Positions 8,448 through 16,177 of a stretch of DNA of 43,325 nucleotides are shown one piece after another. Every line of letters starts with the position of its first letter. The first letter of the stretch is position 1. The translations under genes were made by a program, and so were the position numbers. The notes under the pieces are model-generated. The model was given only the letters and a program-made list of their open reading frames with translations. It made no database searches and was not told where the DNA came from. This stretch comes from an uncultured Mycoplasmatota bacterium (GTDB taxonomy: Bacteria > Bacillota_I > Bacilli_A > RF39 > UBA660): assembly GCA_948432605.1 (NCBI GenBank), contig CAOJCV010000002.1, positions 1-43,325 of the forward strand, read 5' to 3'.

Positions 8448-9272
8448 ATGGAATCTAAAATTTTTTTTGATCATTTAATCCAATTAGGTAATTTAGATGA
8501 AAAGAAAGTTTTTTTACAAGATGATATCATTCCAGAGTGTAAAAGATCAAATAGTGATATATTTTCTTCAGGTTATTGGATTAAATATAATAATGAACTT
8601 TATTATTTTAAAATTAGGGATAGAGAAGATCTTTTGAAAGAACTTTTAGGGGAATTAGCTAGTAAATATTTTCAAATTCCAACTGTTCATTATGAGCTTG
8701 CTACTGGATTTGTAGAGCAAAATGGAAGTTTAGTTCAAGTTTATGGGGTTTTATCCAGATTTGCTAGAACTAACAGTAAAAAATATATGCCTTTGCAAGA
8801 TTGTCTTAAAGCTCATCATTATGAATTTATTGACGGGATATATGTAGTCGATGTTATACAAGATCTTTGGCCTGACTCACCAATTAGTAAAGAAATTTAT
8901 GCTTTTTTAGTAAGAGACTTTTTTACAAATGATTGGGATCGTATTACTAATGAAGTTTTAATTGAGTTAGGTTCTAAGCCTCGTTTCGGTTATCTTTGTG
9001 ATTATGAGGCTGAATTTACAGAATTACAATTAAAAATTGCCATTCCAAGTTTTTATTATATGACTTTGGAAAATGAGATTATTTTGGATAAAATAAAGAA
9101 GCACGATCTTTTTATTGAAAATTTTGAAAAAGCACTGAAAATTGATTTAGTGAGTATGCTAGAACAGTTATGCTCGGAAAAACAGATCCGTTTAAATGAT
9201 TGGGCTCTTTTGAAGTATCAAAATTTTGAACAAAAGCAAAAAGACATGATATTAAATAAATTATTTCGATAG
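8448..9272 (+). CDS. Hypothetical protein, paralog 2 of the tandem pair; possible HipA/PI3-4K-like atypical kinase fold
   Basis: It has the same length class and motif order as paralog 1 (YYFKI, ELLGELASK, DWDRITNEV, FGYLCDYEAEF). It starts 5 nt after the paralog 1 stop with no strong RBS, which suggests translational coupling. Confidence 0.7.
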   Translation: MESKIFFDHLIQLGNLDEKKVFLQDDIIPECKRSNSDIFSSGYWIKYNNELYYFKIRDREDLLKELLGELASKYFQIPTVHYELATGFVEQNGSLVQVYGVLSRFARTNSKKYMPLQDCLKAHHYEFIDGIYVVDVIQDLWPDSPISKEIYAFLVRDFFTNDWDRITNEVLIELGSKPRFGYLCDYEAEFTELQLKIAIPSFYYMTLENEIILDKIKKHDLFIENFEKALKIDLVSMLEQLCSEKQIRLNDWALLKYQNFEQKQKDMILNKLFR

Positions 9273-9611
9273 TACATTAGTAGAAGCTGTTTTGTATGCT
9301 CTGATAAGTCCTCCAGCTCCAAGTTTTGTTCCACCAAAATAGCGAACTACAAAAATTACTTTGTTAGTTAAATTGTTTCTTTCTAAGACTTGATAAATAG
9401 GGGATGCACTTGTGCCACTTGGCTCTTTGTCATCACTTTTTCCAGCAGTATTTGTTAAAATGTAAGCATATGGTATATGTCTTGCTTTTTTATGTTCTTT
9501 TTTTAATGATTCCCATAATTTTTTTACTTCTTCTTTTGTTTCTACTTCATAATAATATGCTATAAATTTTGATTTTTTAATTTCTAAGGTGTATGTGTTT
9601 AAAAGTTTCAT
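9261..9611 (-). CDS. YigZ/IMPACT-family (UPF0029) protein, N-terminal domain only
   Basis: Motifs are KSKFIAYY, ARHIPYAY, DDKEPSGTSASPI and VVRYFGGTKLGAGGLIRAY. I set the start at MKLLNTY (GAGGTG RBS). The 116-aa product lacks the C-terminal DUF1949-type domain found in longer homologs. Its 3' end overlaps the convergent paralog 2 by 12 nt. Confidence 0.8.
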   Translation of the reverse strand: MKLLNTYTLEIKKSKFIAYYYEVETKEEVKKLWESLKKEHKKARHIPYAYILTNTAGKSDDKEPSGTSASPIYQVLERNNLTNKVIFVVRYFGGTKLGAGGLIRAYKTASTNVLSK

Positions 9612-9716
9612 AGAATCACCTCTTAATTTTATGATACAATAAATATGTAGAAAAGAAAACAAATTTGGTAATAACCGTGTTATTTTTTGAAATACTAATA
9701 TATAAGGAGGATTAAA

Positions 9717-11501
9717 ATGTTAAAAGAAAAACTTGCTCAAATTCCAAATTTACCAGGAAGCTATCAAATGAAAAATAAAGATGGGATTATTATTTATGTT
9801 GGAAAAGCTAAAAATTTACATAAAAGAGTAAATTCTTATTTTAATCGCACCCAAACTGGTAAAACTGCCAAATTAGTTAGTGAGATTAATGATTTTTCAT
9901 ATATTGTCACTTCTAGTGAGTTGGAAGCTTTTTTGCTAGAAATTAATTTGATAAAAGAATATGATCCGAAATATAATATTTTGCTAAAAGATGATAAAAG
10001 CTATCCTTATATTGAATTTATTGAACATCCTTATCCTAAACTTAAAGTTTCAAGATATTTAATGGTGAAAAAGAAGGAACATAAGAAACTATATGGCCCT
10101 TATCCAAATGCGTATGCTGCTAGAAGAATTGTAAATTTGTTAAATCGTTTGTATCCTTTAAAAAAATGTGATGGAAATCCAAAAAAAGTTTGTCTTTATT
10201 ATCATATTGGAGAATGTTTAGGATTTTGTGAAAAGAAAGAAACTGTAGAAGATATTTTGAAAATGAAGGAAGACATTTTGGGTTTTTTAAATGGAAATGA
10301 TAAAATTTTAAAAGATAAAATTATGGAAAAAATTAATCTTTATAGTGAAGCTTTAAACTTTGAATTAGCCCTAGAATTAAAACGTGAATTAGATTATATA
10401 AATATTGTTTTAGATAAACAAAAAATTACGATTCAAGATTTTACAAATCGCGATGTTCTTGGTTATTATTTTGATCGTGGTTATATTTCTGTGCAATTAT
10501 TATTTTTAAGAAATGGAAAATTAGTAGGGGGACATACTGATATGTTTCCTGTTGTTAGTGATTTGGTAAGTGATATGGAGTCTTATTTACCTGCTTTTTA
10601 TTCTCGTCATGAAATTCCTAAAGAGATTCTTATTTCGAATGATATTCATACAGATGTATTGAATGAATATTTTGAACAAAAATTATTTAGTCCTCAAAAA
10701 GGGCAAAAAAAACATTTATTAGATATGGCAGAAGAAAATGCTAGAATTAATTTGGAAAATGAATTAGAAATAACTATTAAAAAAGAAAAATTAACAGAAA
10801 ATGCTAATGAGGAATTAAAGCGTATTTTACATTTAGATATTTTGGATCGTATTGATTTATTTGATAATTCTAATCTTTTTGGAGATTGGTCTGTTTCTGG
10901 AATGGTTGTTTTTAAAAATGGAATGCCTGCCAAAAATGAATATCGTAAATATAAAATTAGCTTTGATAAAAATGATGATTATAATATGATGCGAGAAGTA
11001 ATTTATAGACGTTATCAAAGGGCATTGGTTGAAAAAACTGAACTTCCTAATTTGATTATTGTGGATGGTGGAATTGGGCAAATTCATGCTTGTAAAGAAA
11101 TTCTTCAAGAACTTAATTTAAATATTAAAGTTTGTGGTTTAAAAAAGAATGATAAACATAGAACGAATGATTTAGTGGATGGGGATACTTTTTTGCTTGT
11201 TGACATTCCACGTGATAGTGATGTTTTTCATTATTTGACAAGAATGCAAGATGAGGTTCACAGATACACCATTACATATCACAGGACTATTAGAAGTAAA
11301 GGATCTATCAGTAGTGTCTTAGATGGTATTCCAGGAATAGGCACCAAAAGAAAAAAAGATTTGATAAAGAAATTTGGTAGTGTTACAAATATGGAAAATG
11401 CTAGTTTAGAAGAATTAGAAAAGATAGTTCCACATGACGTTGCAGAATCTTTAAAAAGTTATTTAATGAGTAGAAAAAATGAAAAAGAAAAGAGAAAATA
11501 A
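9717..11501 (+). CDS. uvrC: Excinuclease ABC subunit C
   Basis: It has a GIY-YIG N-terminus (GSYQMKNKDGIIIYVGKAKNLHKRVNSYF) and a C-terminal helix-hairpin-helix region (IPGIGTKRKKDLIKKFGS). It is 594 aa with an AAGGAGG RBS. Confidence 0.95.
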   Translation: MLKEKLAQIPNLPGSYQMKNKDGIIIYVGKAKNLHKRVNSYFNRTQTGKTAKLVSEINDFSYIVTSSELEAFLLEINLIKEYDPKYNILLKDDKSYPYIEFIEHPYPKLKVSRYLMVKKKEHKKLYGPYPNAYAARRIVNLLNRLYPLKKCDGNPKKVCLYYHIGECLGFCEKKETVEDILKMKEDILGFLNGNDKILKDKIMEKINLYSEALNFELALELKRELDYINIVLDKQKITIQDFTNRDVLGYYFDRGYISVQLLFLRNGKLVGGHTDMFPVVSDLVSDMESYLPAFYSRHEIPKEILISNDIHTDVLNEYFEQKLFSPQKGQKKHLLDMAEENARINLENELEITIKKEKLTENANEELKRILHLDILDRIDLFDNSNLFGDWSVSGMVVFKNGMPAKNEYRKYKISFDKNDDYNMMREVIYRRYQRALVEKTELPNLIIVDGGIGQIHACKEILQELNLNIKVCGLKKNDKHRTNDLVDGDTFLLVDIPRDSDVFHYLTRMQDEVHRYTITYHRTIRSKGSISSVLDGIPGIGTKRKKDLIKKFGSVTNMENASLEELEKIVPHDVAESLKSYLMSRKNEKEKRK

Positions 11502-11504
11502 ATC

Positions 11505-11536
11505 TTGACAGGGGGGGGGGTATCTTTTGGTATAAT
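11505..11536 (+). promoter_or_regulatory. SigA-type promoter of the glycopolymer locus with a homopolymeric spacer
   Basis: TTGACA (11505-11510), a 20-nt spacer that begins with G10, then the extended -10 TGgTATAAT (11528-11536). It lies 4 nt after the uvrC stop and 127 nt before the ATG of the priming transferase. Confidence 0.6.
11511..11520 (+). repeat. G10 homopolymer tract (candidate slipped-strand contingency repeat)
   Basis: There are ten consecutive G. The longest other G or C run I could find by eye in the window is 6. Confidence 0.9.
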
Positions 11537-11662
11537 AAAGTTAACAAAAGATGATTTTGTTAGTTTAAATGTGATTCTCTTGTAAAGCTATTCTTATATT
11601 TGTTGCGAATTGTATTTTTTCATGCTAGAATTATTACAACAGAATTATTGTAGGGTGATTTA

Positions 11663-12304
11663 ATGAAAAATAAAGTTTCTAAAAGAAGGGTTTATTATTT
11701 TATCAAAAGAGGATTTGATATTTTTTGTAGTATTATTGGTATATTAGCTTTAATTCCGTTATGGATTATTATAAAGATTAGCTATATGTGTACTGGTGAT
11801 TTTCATGGTGTTTTTTATAGACAAAAAAGGTTAGGTAGAAATGGAAAAATTATACATATTTTTAAATTTCGAACAATGGTTGTAAATGCGGAAGAAATTC
11901 TTCAAGAATGGCTTCAGAATAATCCTCAGAAAAGAGAAGAATATTATAAAGATAGAAAAATTGAAAATGATCCAAGAATTACAAAGATTGGGAATGTTTT
12001 AAGAAAAACTTCTTTAGATGAATTTCCTCAATTTTTGAATATTTTATTTGGAGATATGTCTTTGATAGGCCCTCGTCCAGTTGTTTTGGATGAAGCAGAT
12101 AATTATGGAAAAAATAAAGCTAAGTTTTTAAGTATGAGACCTGGATTAACTGGATATTGGGCAAGTAATGGCCGTAGTAATATTTCCTATGAAGAAAGAA
12201 TGAAAATGGAACTTTATTACATTGATCATTGTAGCTTATTACTTGATATTCAAATAATATTTGATACCGTTTTTGCAGTTATTAAAAAAGATGGTGCAAA
12301 ATAA
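11663..12304 (+). CDS. Small monotopic polyprenyl-phosphate sugar-phosphate transferase (Bac_transf family, PglC/WbaP C-terminal type)
   Basis: It has an N-terminal re-entrant helix (FDIFCSIIGILALIPLWIII), KFRTM, DPRITKIG, and the hallmark DEFPQFLNILFGDMSLIGPRP. Confidence 0.9.
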   Translation: MKNKVSKRRVYYFIKRGFDIFCSIIGILALIPLWIIIKISYMCTGDFHGVFYRQKRLGRNGKIIHIFKFRTMVVNAEEILQEWLQNNPQKREEYYKDRKIENDPRITKIGNVLRKTSLDEFPQFLNILFGDMSLIGPRPVVLDEADNYGKNKAKFLSMRPGLTGYWASNGRSNISYEERMKMELYYIDHCSLLLDIQIIFDTVFAVIKKDGAK

Positions 12305-12423
12305 AAGGAATTTTGTAAAAAAATGTAACTAATTTGAATAATTTGAAAATTATGTTATATTTATTTAAATATAGTTTTTTTGGGAAATGTTTTTTCTTTA
12401 AAACAAAGAATAGAGGTAGAATT

Positions 12424-13032
12424 ATGGAATATATGGAGTTGACAATTGAAGATGTAAAAAAATTGTCACTGGATTTAGCGAAAAAAATAAAAAAAGATTT
12501 TAACCCTGATTACGTTCTTTTTGTGGAACGAGGGTCTTTATATATAGGACAAGAAGTATCTAATTTTTTTGAAGTTCCTTTGTTAGGTGTTTCTGCTTCT
12601 CGAAAAAAAAGTAAATTGAAAAAAGTTGTTAGTCCATTATTGATTATAATTCCGTCATTTATAAAGAAAAAGCTTAGGGAAAAAGAAATAAATTCTAATA
12701 CTCATGAGAAAAATTCTGATAGAAAAGTTTTTTTGAATTTTGATTGTAATTTAAATAAAAAGAATGTTGTAATAGTGGATGATTCTGCAGATACAGGATT
12801 TAGTATTTTGCAGATTCAAAAAAAGTTAAAAGAAAAATATCCAGAAATTACAGTTAAAACAGCTTGTTTAAATGTATTAGATAAAAGTGTAAAAAATATT
12901 AAAATTGATTATTTTTTGATGAAAAATACTATGTTGTCAGGTCCATGGTCGAATGATTCAAAATTTCATAAACAATTTTTAATTGATTTTCAGCATTATA
13001 AGAGTGGAGGTTTTTTTTGTGAAAAATATTAA
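12424..13032 (+). CDS. Type I phosphoribosyltransferase-like (PRPP-binding) protein
   Basis: It carries the PRPP-binding signature NVVIVDDSADTGFSILQI. I set the start at MEYMELT (ATG 12424, GAGGT RBS). The track's longer ORF begins in low-complexity sequence. Confidence 0.6.
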   Translation: MEYMELTIEDVKKLSLDLAKKIKKDFNPDYVLFVERGSLYIGQEVSNFFEVPLLGVSASRKKSKLKKVVSPLLIIIPSFIKKKLREKEINSNTHEKNSDRKVFLNFDCNLNKKNVVIVDDSADTGFSILQIQKKLKEKYPEITVKTACLNVLDKSVKNIKIDYFLMKNTMLSGPWSNDSKFHKQFLIDFQHYKSGGFFCEKY

Positions 13033-13861
13033 TGAGGAGCTAAAAAAATTACAGTCAATAGAACTAGATATGTTACAAGAATTAAAAAAAATTTGTACTA
13101 AACATGACTTAAAATATTATATTATTGGAGGAACTTTATTAGGAGCAAAACGACATGGTGGATTTATTCCATGGGATGATGACATTGATGTAGCGATGCC
13201 AAGAAAAGATTATGATTCTTTTATTTCTATAGCCAAAAAGGAGTTGGTGCATCCTTATAAGATAAATCATTATACATTGGAAGATAGTGATCCTACAAAA
13301 TATGTTGCTGGGGTTGTTAATTCAGATGTTATTGTTTATGAAGATCGTGCATCAGAGTTTTCACAAAATTTGTGGATTGATATTTTACCAATAGATGCTT
13401 TACCAAATAGTTGGTTAGGGATGAGAATGTTTAAATTTAGAACTTATTATTATCGTGCTCTTTCTGGTTTTGTTAATATAGATAAAATTAGAAATATTAA
13501 AAGAAAGTGGTATGAAGTTGCTCTTATAAAATTTGCACAAATAATCCCTATTGGAAAAATTTTAAATCTTTTTAAAATTCGTATTAAAATGGATAAAATG
13601 TTTCGAAAACAAAATTATCTAAAAGCAAATTTTGTAGGAACTTTTTTAGGAAGATATGGGTTTCATGAAGTTGTTCCTAAATCTTATTTTGGTGAGGGAA
13701 CTATGATAGAGTTTGAAGGTATTCCTTTTAATGCTCCAGAAAAGCTTGAAGAATATTTGACTCATATGTATGGCGATTACATGCAATTACCACCAGAAGA
13801 TAAAAGAAATCCACATATTGTTAAGGTAGAATATAAAAACAAAAGAAAAGAGGAAAAATAA
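13019..13861 (+). CDS. LicD-family phosphotransferase (CDP-alcohol-dependent phospho-alcohol transferase)
   Basis: It has the hallmark LKYYIIGGTLLGAKRHGGFIPWDDDIDVAMPRKDY and the C-terminal YGDYMQLPP. The probable start is GTG 13019 (GGAGG RBS at 13006-13010), which overlaps the PRTase-like stop by 14 nt. The alternative ATG 13070 would remove conserved N-terminal residues. Confidence 0.85.
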   Translation: MKNINEELKKLQSIELDMLQELKKICTKHDLKYYIIGGTLLGAKRHGGFIPWDDDIDVAMPRKDYDSFISIAKKELVHPYKINHYTLEDSDPTKYVAGVVNSDVIVYEDRASEFSQNLWIDILPIDALPNSWLGMRMFKFRTYYYRALSGFVNIDKIRNIKRKWYEVALIKFAQIIPIGKILNLFKIRIKMDKMFRKQNYLKANFVGTFLGRYGFHEVVPKSYFGEGTMIEFEGIPFNAPEKLEEYLTHMYGDYMQLPPEDKRNPHIVKVEYKNKRKEEK

Positions 13862-13863
13862 AT

Positions 13864-14274
13864 ATGAAAAGAATTATAACTTATGGAACATATGACTTAT
13901 TACATTATGGACATATTAATTTATTGAAAAGAGCGAAAGATTTGGGAGATTATTTGATTGTAGGATTATCCACAGATGAATTTAATACAAATGCAAAAAA
14001 TAAGAAAACTTATTTTCCTTATGAAGTCCGTAAGCAATTGCTTGAATCATTGAGATTTGTAGATTTGGTTATCCCTGAAGAAAATTGGGAGCAAAAAAAG
14101 ACTGATATAGTAAAATATGAAGCAGATGTTTTTGTTATAGGTGATGATTGGGCTGGCAAATTTGATGAATTAAAAGAATTTTGTGAAGTTGTTTACTTAC
14201 CAAGAACACCAGAAATTTCTACTTCGAAAATTAAATCAGATTTAGGAATTAATTCTAGTAACCAGAAAGAGTAA
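13864..14274 (+). CDS. tagD: Glycerol-3-phosphate cytidylyltransferase (makes CDP-glycerol)
   Basis: It has YGTYDLLHYGHINLLKRAK (HxGH), the C-terminal TPEISTSKIK (RTxGISTT-like), and a length of about 136 aa typical of TagD/TarD. Confidence 0.9.
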   Translation: MKRIITYGTYDLLHYGHINLLKRAKDLGDYLIVGLSTDEFNTNAKNKKTYFPYEVRKQLLESLRFVDLVIPEENWEQKKTDIVKYEADVFVIGDDWAGKFDELKEFCEVVYLPRTPEISTSKIKSDLGINSSNQKE

Positions 14275-14278
14275 TTTT

Positions 14279-16174
14279 ATGAATGATTGTCCTTATGCAT
14301 TAGAAGAAATTTATTCTAAAATTGATACAGCTGAAATAATATCTTTTGATATTTTTGATACTTTAATTAAAAGAAATTTTTCTGAACCGAAGGATATTTT
14401 TTTTCAGGTACAACAGATATATAATAATACACATGATCAAAAAATTATTGATTATGTTGAGCAAAGAATAGAGGCCCAAAAAAAAGCTCGATTAGCCCAT
14501 ATAAAAGATGATTATACTTTTGAAGAATTATATAATTTTTTACAATATGAAGATTTTATAAAAAGTGAATTAAAAAATATTGAAATTGAAGTAGAATTAA
14601 ATGCTTGTGTTGCTAATGAGTGGATGAAAAATGTGTATGATTATTGCTTATCAAATAATAAGACTATTGTAATTGTTTCAGATATGTATCTTGATGAGAG
14701 TATTGTTTCTAAAATATTAAATAAAAATGGTTTTAATAATTATAAAAAGTTATATGTTTCTTCGAAATATAGATTACGAAAGAGAAATGGATTATTATTT
14801 AAAAAAGTGTTGTCAGATTTTTATATAAAACCTCAAAAGTTTTTGCACATTGGAGATTCTTATAAGAGCGATTATTTATTTGCTAGAAAAAATGGAATGC
14901 AAGCAGTTCATATTCCAACAAAGGTAAATAATTTGAATTATTATTGTAATAAAGTTCCTAATTCATTAGAAGAAAACTTTTTTTTGAATTTTTTAAATAA
15001 TAAAATTACTAGTCAAAGAAGTCGCGAAGAAAAAATTGGCTTTGAAATATTTGCACCATTGTTATATGGTTATATTCATTGGTTAAAAGAAAAGTTTTTG
15101 GAGAAAGATTTAAAAAATATTTTCTTTTGTTCAAGGGATATGTATTTAGTTTATAGTTTTTTTGATAAATATTTACCAGATTTTTTGTCACACTATTTTT
15201 ATATTTCAAGAAAGAGCATTCGAGGAGCTTATCTATATAAATATCCAACATTAGAAAATATAAATGATATTATATCTGTAAAAAAAATGTCTATGAAACA
15301 ATTTTTAAAAAATATTAATGTCAATGAAAATAATGTTAAGACAGTCTTACAAAATTGTGATTTAGATTTATCTATTTCTATAGATTTGGCGTCTCCTACT
15401 ACTAATTTTCGAAATTTTGTAGAAAAAATTAAAAAAGAAATTGTATCAAGTAATAAAGAAAAATATGATTTATTTTTAAAATATTTAAAGCAAATAAATT
15501 TTCAAGGAGAAGTTGCTTTGGTGGATAGTGGCTGGAATGCGACTTCACAATATTGTTTGAGTAAAATAATAGAAGATGTCAATATAAATGGTTTTTATGT
15601 TGGATTAGAGTACAAAGCATATGAAAGAATAAATCCAAGTTTGTTGCATGGTTATTTATTTTCTTTAAATAAAAATGTTCAGCTTATACCTTTTGTTAAT
15701 TCTTTTAAACAAGTTTTGGAGTCTGTGCTATCAGGAACACAACAGTCTGTAATAGGTTATCAATTAAATGAAGAGAACAAGGTTATTCCTGTTTTAGATA
15801 ACACAAGCGTGGAGATGCCAGTATTTGCTTTGGATGTTCAAAAAGGTATAATGTCTTTCTTACAAAACGCTTTAGAAAGCAATCTAAGTCTGTTTTGTTC
15901 AGAACAATTTTTATTTTATGGTATTTATAACGTGTCGACAAATCCAGATTTAAAAGATGTTAAGATTTTAACTAATTTTCAAATAAATAATCTTGAAATA
16001 AATTCCTACAATTATCCTACAAATAGTGTTATTTTCTATTTATTTCATCCAAAGTTCTTTTTTAAAGAATTCAAACAAGCACCGTGGAAAGTTGGGTATT
16101 TAAAAGCACTATTAAAAATTAAATTACCATATTATAAGATGTATAGATTTTTAAAAAAAATGACTAAGAGGTGA
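14279..16174 (+). CDS. HAD-phosphatase-like N-terminal domain fused to a ~400-aa uncharacterised C-terminal domain
   Basis: N-terminal HAD-like motifs are SFDIFDTLIKR, IVIVSDMY and HIGDSYKSDY. The remaining ~400 aa has no motif I recognise, although blocks such as FFCSRDMYLVY and VALVDSGWNATSQ look conserved. It ends in TGA just before the Wzx RBS. Confidence 0.6.
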   Translation: MNDCPYALEEIYSKIDTAEIISFDIFDTLIKRNFSEPKDIFFQVQQIYNNTHDQKIIDYVEQRIEAQKKARLAHIKDDYTFEELYNFLQYEDFIKSELKNIEIEVELNACVANEWMKNVYDYCLSNNKTIVIVSDMYLDESIVSKILNKNGFNNYKKLYVSSKYRLRKRNGLLFKKVLSDFYIKPQKFLHIGDSYKSDYLFARKNGMQAVHIPTKVNNLNYYCNKVPNSLEENFFLNFLNNKITSQRSREEKIGFEIFAPLLYGYIHWLKEKFLEKDLKNIFFCSRDMYLVYSFFDKYLPDFLSHYFYISRKSIRGAYLYKYPTLENINDIISVKKMSMKQFLKNINVNENNVKTVLQNCDLDLSISIDLASPTTNFRNFVEKIKKEIVSSNKEKYDLFLKYLKQINFQGEVALVDSGWNATSQYCLSKIIEDVNINGFYVGLEYKAYERINPSLLHGYLFSLNKNVQLIPFVNSFKQVLESVLSGTQQSVIGYQLNEENKVIPVLDNTSVEMPVFALDVQKGIMSFLQNALESNLSLFCSEQFLFYGIYNVSTNPDLKDVKILTNFQINNLEINSYNYPTNSVIFYLFHPKFFFKEFKQAPWKVGYLKALLKIKLPYYKMYRFLKKMTKR

Positions 16175-16177
16175 GTT

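Noticed and set aside
12603-12610. A8/T8 runs inside coding sequences of the glycan locus (for example 12603-12610, 14397-14404, and runs in the first codons of the LCP gene) as additional phase-variable frameshift tracts.
   Set aside because: Poly-A/T runs of 7-9 are ubiquitous in this AT-rich window, including in housekeeping genes. They mostly encode Lys/Phe stretches, so they carry no specific signal, unlike the unique G10.
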